DNA of 64,000 nt from positions 1,051 through 65,050 of the forward strand of contig JAFRCW010000030.1 of NCBI GenBank assembly GCA_017404145.1. The letters are read 5' to 3'. The notes beneath the pieces were generated by a model, which was given only the letters and a program-made list of their open reading frames with translations, made no database searches and had not been told where the DNA came from. Of this stretch, positions 29,192 to 38,079 are shown in pieces; within the stretch, counting starts at the first letter, position 1, and every line of letters begins with the position of its first letter. Source of the DNA: Ruminococcus sp. Its GTDB lineage: Bacteria; Bacillota; Clostridia; Oscillospirales; Acutalibacteraceae. Position numbers and translations under genes: made by a program.

Positions 29192-29317
29192 GTAGGGCGG
29201 GGGCTTGCTCCCGCCGAGAGTCATCATTCAAATCTATGTTATTTGTCGTTAGTATTGCTTCGCTTGAAAACGACGAGATAATATAAATGTTTCGGCGGGA
29301 GCAAGCCCCCGCCCTAC
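29192..29317. repeat. Perfect 25-bp inverted repeat separated by 76 nt
   Basis: GTAGGGCGGGGGCTTGCTCCCGCCG (29192-29216) is the exact reverse complement of CGGCGGGAGCAAGCCCCCGCCCTAC (29293-29317). Confidence 0.85.
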
Positions 29318-29383
29318 TTTTCTGTATATCTAACAAAAAACCGCCGCGTAATAAACGTGACGGTTCCTGATGATATGGAATTT

Positions 29384-29608
29384 TTACGTCTGATCATCGT
29401 CCGGTTTTTTGATGAAGTGGTACACGATCGCCCAGATGATCAGAAATCCGACGGCGTCGCCGATGAACATCCACAGAAGATCGAACTGCACGTGACGCCA
29501 GCTTTGGTAGAGGAAAGACACCCCGATCACGATCCCGAGCAGACAAAGCGATACGATCAGGGAGATGAGGATTTCCTTTTTGTGGCTTTTTTTCTGATAG
29601 TTACTCAA
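29384..29608 (-). CDS. Small two-TM membrane protein
   Basis: Two hydrophobic helices. Start overlaps the stop of the upstream kinase-like gene by 8 nt. Confidence 0.4.
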   Translation of the reverse strand: MSNYQKKSHKKEILISLIVSLCLLGIVIGVSFLYQSWRHVQFDLLWMFIGDAVGFLIIWAIVYHFIKKPDDDQT

Positions 29609-30236
29609 TTTCGTTATCCTTCTCCAAGTTTTTTTCGAGGTATCTGAGGATCAGCTCGGCGCATTCGTCATAGCTGTGTTCCGAGGTGGAGAGCACAAGA
29701 TCATAGTGTTCGGGCTCGTCCCATACCTTTCCGGTATGATGCAGATAGTAGGCGCCGCGGTAGGCGTTGATCTTCTCTCTGCGGTTCTTCGCCTCTTTGT
29801 TGGTGAGGGAGAGCCGTTCCATCTCGCGCGAGACACAGTCGTGCCCTCTGGCGGTGATAAACACCGAGACGCGGTTCTTGCAGTCTTTGAGAACGTAGTC
29901 CGCGCATCTGCCGATCACGATACAGCTTTCCTGTTCGGCGATACGGCGGATCGCATCCGCCTGCTGACGGAACAGCTCCTCGTACGCTTCATAGTCGGGA
30001 TCGTCCTTTGTGATCAGTACGCCGTCGTAGGTATCCTTGAGCAGACGGGAGTAGAGAGAGCTTTTCACCCTTTCGTCCGCCTGCTTGAGACGGTCGGCGC
30101 TGACGTCATCATTTTGCAGATCGATGAGTTCTTTGTTGTAGAGGTTTACGCCCAGCTTCGCGGCAAGCTTTCTGCCGACCGTGCTTCCGCCCGAGCCGCA
30201 GCTGCGGTTGATCGTAACGACAAATGGCTGTTTCAT
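29601..30236 (-). CDS. Cytidylate-kinase-like family protein
   Basis: P-loop-like INRSCGSGGSTVGRKLAAKLG. Start at MKQPFVV after RBS GGGGGA. Confidence 0.7.
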   Translation of the reverse strand: MKQPFVVTINRSCGSGGSTVGRKLAAKLGVNLYNKELIDLQNDDVSADRLKQADERVKSSLYSRLLKDTYDGVLITKDDPDYEAYEELFRQQADAIRRIAEQESCIVIGRCADYVLKDCKNRVSVFITARGHDCVSREMERLSLTNKEAKNRREKINAYRGAYYLHHTGKVWDEPEHYDLVLSTSEHSYDECAELILRYLEKNLEKDNEIE

Positions 30237-30430
30237 AAAGAATCCCCCTTCAAAAGCGTTCGATGAAATCCTACCCATAATCTACCATATCAAAAGAATG
30301 ATTTCAACCGTTATTTGTAAACAATTGATCGTATCCTTATTATAAATGATAGAAGAAGAAAAGTAAAGAAAAAAGGAAGAGAAAAACTTCTCTTCCGTAG
30401 AAAACGTTTTCATTAGCGCTTTGCGCTTTG

Positions 30431-30856
30431 TTATAAAAAGCCCTTCATACTCTCGATATTGTTCTGTTCGGTCAGGAGCAGTTTCTGTGAGAGCTTTTTC
30501 ACTCGTTCGTCGTGACCCTCATAAGATCTCTTGCCGCGAATGATCTTGGTGATGCCCATAACAGATCCGTTGATCATCATCTCGGCGATTTTTGAATCCG
30601 AGCTGTCGTAGGAGAGCTTCATCCGCGACAGCATATCCGAGCCTTTGATCGCAAAGGGAGAGAGTCCCTTGACAGGATTATCCTTTGCGCTTTGAAGCCG
30701 GTGCGCTTCACGGCAGATATCGGAATATTCCTTCTTCTGTTTCTTCAGCTCCATACACAGCTGCGCGCCCGCGTAACGGGAGACCGAGTTGATCCCCACC
30801 ACTCCCATTTTTGCGTTCTTGAAAATCGCGTTGAGCATTTCTCTGTCTTTCATCAT
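30431..30856 (-). CDS. Hypothetical protein
   Basis: 141-aa ORF with normal composition. No motif recognised. Confidence 0.4.
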   Translation of the reverse strand: MMKDREMLNAIFKNAKMGVVGINSVSRYAGAQLCMELKKQKKEYSDICREAHRLQSAKDNPVKGLSPFAIKGSDMLSRMKLSYDSSDSKIAEMMINGSVMGITKIIRGKRSYEGHDERVKKLSQKLLLTEQNNIESMKGFL

Positions 30857-30991
30857 ACCACCTCATTAAGAGTATCGGTAAAAAGAAAGAGGATATCAGT
30901 GGAAAATGATAGAAATCAAGAAGCGGACATATTTGACAAACAAAAAATCTGTATTATAATGGTTATCAGCAAAGACCCGGGAGGAATGGAA

Positions 30992-31441
30992 ATGGACTAT
31001 CAATACATCACGCTGCGGGAGCGTCCCGCATTAAGAGAAAAAGCGGCACAGTGGTTTCACTCGAAGTGGGGCGTACCCGAACAAGCGTATCTTGCCTGTA
31101 TGGACGAATATCTCAGCAAAGAGACGGAATACGGCTGGTATCTCTGTCTTGACGGTGAGAAAATCATCGGCGGTTTGGGCGTGATCGAGAACGACTTTCA
31201 CGACAGAAAGGATCTCGCTCCCAACGTCTGCGCAGTGTATACCGAAGAGGAATACCGCTCGCAGGGAATCGCCGGCAGGCTGCTGGATTTTGCTGTCGAG
31301 GATATGAGAAAAAAAGGCGTTTCACCTTTATATCTTGTGACCGATCACATTGGATTCTACGAACGCTATGGCTGGGAGTTCCTCACGATGGTACAAGGCG
31401 ACGGCGAACCTGATATGACCAGGATGTATATCCACAGATAA
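30992..31441 (+). CDS. GNAT-family N-acetyltransferase
   Basis: VYTEEEYRSQGIAGRLLDFAVEDMRKKG...FYERYGW. ATG 30992 lies 6 nt after GGGAGGA. The long ORF-track start is antisense to the previous gene. Confidence 0.7.
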   Translation: MDYQYITLRERPALREKAAQWFHSKWGVPEQAYLACMDEYLSKETEYGWYLCLDGEKIIGGLGVIENDFHDRKDLAPNVCAVYTEEEYRSQGIAGRLLDFAVEDMRKKGVSPLYLVTDHIGFYERYGWEFLTMVQGDGEPDMTRMYIHR

Positions 31442-31487
31442 AAATGAGCCCTTCACGGTAAGTGAGGGGCTTGTTGTTTGTCATATG

Positions 31488-32036
31488 TTATATCTTTTTG
31501 ATACACATCGCGGGACGAACGCCGCCGTCGGGCTCGATCACGCCCATATTCATGATGGTTCCGTCGTAGCCGACGATCTTGACGTCCGAAGCGAGCTTTG
31601 CTTTGTCACGCAGCCACCACATCGCGGCGTTTTCCAGACCCTCTCCCAGCATTTCAACATAGGGGTTGCAGACGTTCTTGACCGTCTTGGCATATTCGGT
31701 CGCGTCGCATACGCCGCCGACGTGGTATTTGGTTTTCTCTTCCAGACTCAGCAGAGTGACCTCTCCGATGATGTTCTCCTGTTCTTCGGGAGTAAAAGCG
31801 TTTTTGAGAAAAGGAGAGTTGAGCCACCAGTGGATATCGCTGAAGAGGAAGTCGTTGCCCTGAAACTTTTCTTTGTTGAAGGGCATTCCGTCGATGACAT
31901 ATTTGCTCAGCAGATACATCCTGTCCTCCTGCTCATCCAGTACCCGCCATTCGATCGGCTCTCCCTGCCAGTTTCCCATAGTGACAGACCATATCTGCTG
32001 TACCGGGTTTTTCTTTTTTCTGTTGAATAAGCCCAT
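31488..32036 (-). CDS. Hypothetical protein (DUF6273-like by recollection)
   Basis: GEPIEWRVLDEQEDRMYLLSKYVI...WWLRDKA...GGVRPAMCI. Start at MGLFNRKKK. Confidence 0.45.
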   Translation of the reverse strand: MGLFNRKKKNPVQQIWSVTMGNWQGEPIEWRVLDEQEDRMYLLSKYVIDGMPFNKEKFQGNDFLFSDIHWWLNSPFLKNAFTPEEQENIIGEVTLLSLEEKTKYHVGGVCDATEYAKTVKNVCNPYVEMLGEGLENAAMWWLRDKAKLASDVKIVGYDGTIMNMGVIEPDGGVRPAMCIKKI

Positions 32037-32092
32037 AACTGCCTCCTTATTATAATGATAAGATTTTACCACAGCTCGGAAAGTGATGCAAT

Positions 32093-32125
32093 AGAAAAGC
32101 CCTCAACACGTATTTGGCTGAGGGC
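32093..32125 (-). terminator. Rho-independent terminator (minus strand)
   Basis: The minus strand reads GCCCTCA-N13-TGAGGGC followed by TTTTCT. It lies just downstream of the arm-B promoter/core. Confidence 0.5.
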
Positions 32126-32143
32126 TGATTTCTACACTTTTGT

Positions 32144-32420
32144 TTATTCCCATTCGCTTAATTCGTTTTAATACTAAACATATTAGTTTAGTATTAGTGG
32201 TTTTTGATGCATCTTTTACCGCTATTCTGCCTATTATTTTTGGCTTCAAATTATAACAGTATCAAAACAGTATCAACGCTACTGCAATCATTATAGCAGA
32301 AACAAGAGTAAAATCAACACTTTAAGGCGATAAATCGTTTGTAATTTTATATTCTGACTAAATCGAAATAGTGTAACGCTTTTAGGTTTCAAAAGGCACT
32401 GTTTATGCGCTCTTTGAGGA
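32144..32420. repeat. ~275-bp element-end arm, copy B (inverted relative to 3073-3347); starts with core TTATTCCCATTCGCTTA
   Basis: See arm A. A third, more diverged copy in the same orientation lies at 49513-49720. Confidence 0.8.
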
Positions 32421-32468
32421 ACAAAGCTCAACGATTAGGGTAGTTACATTACTTTGATAATTATGGTG

Positions 32469-33497
32469 TTATCCTGTAGAATTAATATCTTCCAAAGGGA
32501 ATGTTACTTGCCAAAAACCTTCTGTTTTATTACTGCAAGTGACGAACTCTCCGAAAGCAGTATAGTTGTTGATTTCGTAAGGCGTTATATCATAAATAAT
32601 CTCATCATAACTGCCGATTTCTTCATCATCAAAAAATGATACGTCAAAGTATTCAGCTTTTTTCCCGCTTTTATCTAACAGCGTTATATATCCGTGATTA
32701 TCATAGTTTATAATATCCGTATAGTATACTTGGATATGAAGCTTGTTGTCTATAAAGCCCATATTTGTAACAGTTACGCCATCAACAGGAGAAACAATAC
32801 CTTCATCCACAGGAACTAAACACTTTGTATCAGCAAGAGCGTCGAGATCTAAATCTGTTCCGCTGGCTCCTCTAAACCATTCCGGTGTAAATGTATCCTT
32901 TACCTCGACAGCTTTGCTTAAATCCAGTTCTGATAACTCGCCCTCGAATTTGCTTTTTTTGCTGATGAACTCTCTGAAACCAAATGTGATTTTTTTACCT
33001 CCGATTTCTCTATCATTCGCCTGAGTAATATTGATTAGAAATGTAGCCGTATTTGCTTCTTTATCAAAAGATACTATCTGACAGGATGCGAACGAATCGA
33101 AGCCCCGGTTGATATAATAACTGTCAAATAAGTCTGTAGTTTCATCTATTCTGTTCTGATCTGTCAAATCCTGTAACGAAATATAGATTGCCGCTTCATT
33201 TTCATATACGGCAGCGGATACCACTTCCATCTTAATTCCGTTATCCTCACAGGACATTTGAACAGGCTTCAACATTTGCGCCAGACCGGGTGATATCTGA
33301 TACACTAATTCATAGATGGGATTCACCGTTATAGCAAGCACAGGCACTGTTATTGTTATACAAAGTATAACTGCTACCGCAATAACAATACTTTGCTTAA
33401 AAGATTTCTTTTTGGTTTTTACTGTAAACAGCTTTGCGTTTGTTATCTTATTATCATCTATCTCGCCGATAGCATCAAATAAAATATCAGTTTTCAA
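32469..33497 (-). CDS. Anti-sigma factor-like membrane protein (DUF4179-type)
   Basis: 11-nt overlap with the sigma gene. A short cytoplasmic N-terminus, one TM (IVIAVAVILCITITVPVLAI) and a large extracytoplasmic domain. Confidence 0.55.
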   Translation of the reverse strand: MKTDILFDAIGEIDDNKITNAKLFTVKTKKKSFKQSIVIAVAVILCITITVPVLAITVNPIYELVYQISPGLAQMLKPVQMSCEDNGIKMEVVSAAVYENEAAIYISLQDLTDQNRIDETTDLFDSYYINRGFDSFASCQIVSFDKEANTATFLINITQANDREIGGKKITFGFREFISKKSKFEGELSELDLSKAVEVKDTFTPEWFRGASGTDLDLDALADTKCLVPVDEGIVSPVDGVTVTNMGFIDNKLHIQVYYTDIINYDNHGYITLLDKSGKKAEYFDVSFFDDEEIGSYDEIIYDITPYEINNYTAFGEFVTCSNKTEGFWQVTFPLEDINSTG

Positions 33498-34053
33498 TTA
33501 TAACACCTTCTTCTAATAGTTTAAAGCGTAGTTTTTTTCGAGTTCGGTATAAAATAGATTTTACTTTGCTTTCACTAAACCTGAATTGTTTTGCGATATC
33601 TGAAATACTGTCAAAGTACCAATACCGACAGACAAAAATATTCTGTTCGCACAAAGGAAGCGTATCTAAAAAACTATCTATCAGCTTTGCAATTTCCTTG
33701 TTTTCAAGTTCTTCTACAACGGTTGTTTTTGCAGGAATGCACTCTGATATTTCTTCATATGCATAGTCGATATTACCTCCGCCTCGCTTTTGTGTTCGCT
33801 TGTCTCGCCATTTTTTCAAACTTATAAAGCGAGTGATTTTACCAATAAAAGTAGAAAGCACGGCAGGTCGATGAGGGGGCATACTGTTCCAAGCGTTTAG
33901 GTATGTATCATTGACACTTTCCTTTGCGTCCTCAGTATCGGATAGTATATTATAAGCGATTGAGTAGCAATAACTGCCATACTTATCGGCTGTTTCTGAA
34001 ATTGCTTTTTCATCTCGTTGCCAATATAAATCAACAATATCTTTATCTTCCAC
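33487..34053 (-). CDS. ECF-type sigma-70 family RNA polymerase sigma factor
   Basis: Region 2 (DIVDLYWQRDEKAI...TYLNAWNSM) and region 4 HTH (SISDIAKQFRFSESKVKSILYRTRKKLR). Confidence 0.85.
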   Translation of the reverse strand: MEDKDIVDLYWQRDEKAISETADKYGSYCYSIAYNILSDTEDAKESVNDTYLNAWNSMPPHRPAVLSTFIGKITRFISLKKWRDKRTQKRGGGNIDYAYEEISECIPAKTTVVEELENKEIAKLIDSFLDTLPLCEQNIFVCRYWYFDSISDIAKQFRFSESKVKSILYRTRKKLRFKLLEEGVIIEN

Positions 34054-34162
34054 TACTTTACCTCCTTTTTTGAATTAAGAGCCCTTACACTATACTACCA
34101 CCTAAAAATCATATTTGGTTGCATAAATCTTCAAAAATCATTATAGCACAAAAATATATAAC

Positions 34163-34195
34163 GCCGCCAAGCAGGAGATTATCCCACTTGGCGGC
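34163..34195 (-). terminator. Hairpin homologous to the tnpV-remnant terminator at 1022-1058
   Basis: GCCGCCAAG...CTTGGCGGC. Its reverse complement (GCCGCCAAGTGGGATAATCTCCTGCTTGGCGGC) resembles GCCGCCAAATGGGGTTATCTCCTTCTTGGCGGC. Confidence 0.55.
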
Positions 34196-34396
34196 TACAT
34201 AATATATTTCTAAAAATATTTATTCCCACTCTACTCTCAGACCTTGATTTCCTGTAAAAATACGCACTTTTAATCCGCTTTTTGTGAAGCTATTTCACCA
34301 AATCGCTATCAAATATTCATTCTTCTGGATTTTTGTAGCCAATTTGTAGCCAAGCAAGAACTGTTTCATCAAACACTAGATTATCAATATAATAAT

Positions 34397-35614
34397 TTAC
34401 TTGATATATGAAGATACTCTTTTTGCGCTTTTAAATAAATCAATATTCTTATCGAAATCATATTGCTCTATTGCCTCTTCGTTTGCAAAAGACAGAACTG
34501 AAGTATATCGTGGTTTATCTTCACTTACATTGGCAAGTTTAATGCGGTATTTATTGCCATCAGTGATTATATCTTCAAACACACAATTAAACACATAGCA
34601 TATTGTTGGTAATTCAAGTTTTATTCCCATTAATTCTATTGTTTCAATAGAATGGAATCGAAAAAATACTTCTTTCCCTATATTTTCATGTACATGGTCA
34701 TTAACGTCTTCTAATCCGTTAACATAGTCGACGTTATACCGAGAAACAACTGGTGTTGAGTTGATTAGATTTTGATAAAGCCTTTCAACTTCGCATGCAA
34801 GGTTAAAAGAAATGTTTTCTTGATGGGGAATAAATTTGCAGTTAAGAACGGTTTCTATCTGAAGTAGTTTTTCCCAAAACTGAATTGAATCTTCGGAGAA
34901 ATAATGCTCTTCTTTATTATTGATACTACTTAATGGAGTGCCATTAATACACAACGTTCGATCTAAGAACGCATTAAATATTCTCATTGACGAAATAACC
35001 TCTTCAACTGTTTTTATCATATCAGCTTTTGTATTTATTGTGAAAGATGAAGAGTGATTATGATTATCGATGGTAAAGTGAATATAAATGTATTCACTTT
35101 CTAATGATTCATAAACCATCCTGTGAATACTGTTATCAGGTATTCTGTGAATCATTATATCCACAGAAACCGTACCGGCGGACAGTTTAATTGAATGAGG
35201 TTCAGGAAACTTTTGAGGAGACATAAATCTTTTAGTTTCCATTATGTCAATTGGATCTTTAGGACGGCAAAATAAAAGTTTTTCAGAAATATTCTCACCG
35301 TTGATTGTAACATTCTCTCCATCTACAGGAACCATTTCAATTGGTGTTTGAGAATTATACATATATTCTAACAGTTCATTATATGTGTATTTCTCTCCAA
35401 GTATCTCTTTCTGTGATTCGTTTAGCTTAGGTGTGAAGCCGCCTATTGTTAATGAATCAGCTTTTTCCGGAACAACAGTGCAAAAACCATCTGATAATTG
35501 TTCATACTTGATTCCTTCAGGTAAAGATTTACTTAAATAATCAACAAAGGCGTCGGGTAAACGTTCTTCAGAAGGCTTAGTTAAATCTTGTATTTTGTCT
35601 GGGTTAATAAACAT
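34397..35614 (-). CDS. Unknown 405-aa protein, possibly an AbiGii-like partner
   Basis: No catalytic motif recognised. Its ATG overlaps the stop of the upstream gene (TAATG). Size and pairing match lactococcal AbiGii. Confidence 0.35.
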   Translation of the reverse strand: MFINPDKIQDLTKPSEERLPDAFVDYLSKSLPEGIKYEQLSDGFCTVVPEKADSLTIGGFTPKLNESQKEILGEKYTYNELLEYMYNSQTPIEMVPVDGENVTINGENISEKLLFCRPKDPIDIMETKRFMSPQKFPEPHSIKLSAGTVSVDIMIHRIPDNSIHRMVYESLESEYIYIHFTIDNHNHSSSFTINTKADMIKTVEEVISSMRIFNAFLDRTLCINGTPLSSINNKEEHYFSEDSIQFWEKLLQIETVLNCKFIPHQENISFNLACEVERLYQNLINSTPVVSRYNVDYVNGLEDVNDHVHENIGKEVFFRFHSIETIELMGIKLELPTICYVFNCVFEDIITDGNKYRIKLANVSEDKPRYTSVLSFANEEAIEQYDFDKNIDLFKSAKRVSSYIK

Positions 35615-36435
35615 TAGAAATCCCCTTTCGCCTCATCCCAAATTATTATTTTGGATACAAGTTTTATTTTGTCGCTTTGAGGTATTTCAATCCTATTTAT
35701 TGAATCAATTAACTGATTAAAATCACTTTGATTCTCAACAATAAGATATTTTATATCTTGATAATTAAACTTTAGTGCTACATCGTTGTATTCACGTAAA
35801 GAATCATTGAGCTTATTGATATATTCCGATCCCATACCATCATTAATAATGAATGGAGGATAATCAATAGAGGAGAGATCTGGGACATATCTCCATTCAC
35901 ATTCATCAGTAAAACACTTAACGTCCTCTTTTTTTGTGCGCCTGTTTCGTGATTTCCCAGAGTAAGGCTTGTAATATAGAAGTTGATGATAAATGAAGGA
36001 CTTTAATTTTCTCTGTAATACCGTTTCTCTTTTATAGGTTTTATTCATTACATCAGAAAAAACCATTGTAGCTTCTTTTGCAAGCTTAGAGTCGGGATTA
36101 AGATAATGAATGGGCTGAATGTAATTTTTCATACCCCATTCTTTTGAAAATGCAATTCCACATGCCCCATAATAATCTATATGATCGCCTAATTGATGGA
36201 GCTTAATATCGCAAAAACACCTCATTGGAATTGATAGATAGTTAATATTTTTTATTTTGAGATACTTAACATCCTCATTGCAATATCGAGCAGGAATTCT
36301 ATTATGCACAATAATATCAATTAACCACTCAACTTTTTCCATGAAATGAAAGAGAGTGTCTGGTTGCAGAGTGGAAGAAGTATGCTGGCTATTACCGATG
36401 CTTTCAACATTATTTAAATCTATTCGGTTACTCAT
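35614..36435 (-). CDS. AbiGi-like / DUF2971-like protein
   Basis: N-terminal TLFHFMEKVEWLIDIIVHNRIPARYCNED...IPMRCFCDI...YGACGIAFSKEWG resembles the AbiGi family signature as I recall it. Start placed at MSNRIDL (RBS GAGGA). The ORF track extends to 36456. Confidence 0.45.
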   Translation of the reverse strand: MSNRIDLNNVESIGNSQHTSSTLQPDTLFHFMEKVEWLIDIIVHNRIPARYCNEDVKYLKIKNINYLSIPMRCFCDIKLHQLGDHIDYYGACGIAFSKEWGMKNYIQPIHYLNPDSKLAKEATMVFSDVMNKTYKRETVLQRKLKSFIYHQLLYYKPYSGKSRNRRTKKEDVKCFTDECEWRYVPDLSSIDYPPFIINDGMGSEYINKLNDSLREYNDVALKFNYQDIKYLIVENQSDFNQLIDSINRIEIPQSDKIKLVSKIIIWDEAKGDF

Positions 36436-36624
36436 GGTTATCCTCATAATCAACATAGTTATGAGTTAATTATATAAATACTGACTAATTCTGTCAATCG
36501 TTAATATTACAAAACTTTCATACAAAAGAATAAAACTGTAACCAGAAAATAGTTGATAACAAGAGGTTAATGTGGTATGCTATTTTTATATTACAATACT
36601 ATTAAACTGTAAGAGGAAAATAGC

Positions 36625-37230
36625 ATGGTGAGTAATTATGAAATTGCTAAAGCTGTCATAACTGAAAATGACGGTATTGCGACAACACTCCAACTGAAAA
36701 ATGCCGGTCTTCAGAATTATGAAATCGGAAATCTATATAAGAGCAATCTGATCAGCAGAATAAGACAGGGTTTTTATTGCCTTCCGGATGAACTAATCAG
36801 CGACGAACAGCTATTGTCTACCGTTTTGCCGGAAGGAATCGTATGCTTGGAATCTGCGCTATATCATTATGGTTATAGCGACTATACACCATCGTCATGG
36901 GCGCTTGCGGTTCCGAGGACGATCTCTCAATCAAAGCTAAAAATACATGGTCTTGCTATTACACCCCATTATGTTCCTGCATCAAATTATTCATTGGGAA
37001 AGACTTCTTCTGATTTTAACGGATACATTCTCCTGATCTATGATAAAGAGAGAACCATATGTGATTGCTTTAAGTATCGAAACCAAATGGATAGCGAAAC
37101 ATTTGCAAAAGCAATTAATGCGTACTGTGCAGATAACCAAAAAAACCTGACTATTCTATCAAAGTATGCAAAACAACTTAGAGTATATAAAAAGGTTACT
37201 GAAATGATGGAGGTACTATTGAATGGCTGA
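36625..37230 (+). CDS. AbiEi-family type IV toxin-antitoxin antitoxin
   Basis: N-terminal wHTH ...GIATTLQLKNAGLQNYEIGNLYKSNLISRIRQGFYCL, followed by the AbiEi C-terminal domain. Overlaps the next gene by 8 nt. Confidence 0.7.
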   Translation: MVSNYEIAKAVITENDGIATTLQLKNAGLQNYEIGNLYKSNLISRIRQGFYCLPDELISDEQLLSTVLPEGIVCLESALYHYGYSDYTPSSWALAVPRTISQSKLKIHGLAITPHYVPASNYSLGKTSSDFNGYILLIYDKERTICDCFKYRNQMDSETFAKAINAYCADNQKNLTILSKYAKQLRVYKKVTEMMEVLLNG

Positions 37231-38074
37231 TAAAGCAGCGTCCGTTCTTGCGAGATTGAAAAATAAGTCGGTTGAATCCGGACGGAGTTATCAATTGTGC
37301 TTACAACTTTTCTGTCAGGAAGAGTTTTTGCGTCGTCTGGAAAAATCAAAATATGTAGAAAACTTTGTACTGAAGGGCGGCTTATTCATCTACACGCTGA
37401 CTGAATTTGAGAGCCGCGTAACAATGGATATAGATCTCCTTCTTCAAAAACTTCCGAATACGCCTGAAGAACTTGAGCCAATTATTATGGATATCATTTC
37501 CACCGATACCGAAAACGATTTTATTATGTTTGAGTTAAAAGGCATACAGCCTATATCAATAGCAAAAAAATACGCTGGCATCAGCGCATCATTAGTTGCT
37601 GTCATAAAAAACACGAGAACACCAATTAAGATCGATTTTGGTGTGGGCGATGTGATCGTTCCAACAAAAGAGAAACGATCTATACCAACTCAGCTAGATG
37701 ATTTTGAAAAGCCGGTTATTAATACATATTCGCTTGAAACGACGATTGCGGAAAAGATAGACGCCATACTTGATTTGATGGAATATTCAAGTCGTATGAA
37801 AGACTATTATGATCTTTACTATTTACTGACGCACTTTGAATTTGATAATGATACACTTGCAGAAGCAATGAAGAAGACTTTTGAAAATCGGAACCATCAC
37901 TTCACCATAGAACAATATAAACAAGTGCTGCGCTTTGGTGATGATGATGCCATGCTAAAGAAGTGGAATGCTTTTATTAAGAAAACCAAATTACAATTCA
38001 TTGATTACCGGATCGTAATAGAGACGATAGACTCTGAGATTGGCAATGCTATTACATATGTGCTGAAAGGATAA
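37223..38074 (+). CDS. AbiEii/AbiGii-family nucleotidyltransferase toxin (DUF1814)
   Basis: FVLKGGLFIYTLTEFESRVTMDIDLLL nucleotidyltransferase motif. 283 aa. Confidence 0.75.
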   Translation: MADKAASVLARLKNKSVESGRSYQLCLQLFCQEEFLRRLEKSKYVENFVLKGGLFIYTLTEFESRVTMDIDLLLQKLPNTPEELEPIIMDIISTDTENDFIMFELKGIQPISIAKKYAGISASLVAVIKNTRTPIKIDFGVGDVIVPTKEKRSIPTQLDDFEKPVINTYSLETTIAEKIDAILDLMEYSSRMKDYYDLYYLLTHFEFDNDTLAEAMKKTFENRNHHFTIEQYKQVLRFGDDDAMLKKWNAFIKKTKLQFIDYRIVIETIDSEIGNAITYVLKG

Positions 38075-38079
38075 ACAAT

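Noticed and set aside
28548-29336. 262-aa minus-strand ORF
   Set aside because: It is mostly antisense to the DUF1015 gene and then runs through the 25-bp inverted repeat region. It has no start context.
31485-32030. 181-aa plus-strand ORF opposite the DUF6273-like gene
   Set aside because: The minus-strand frame has the recognisable WWLR...GVRPA pattern and an RBS. The plus-strand product is compositionally implausible.
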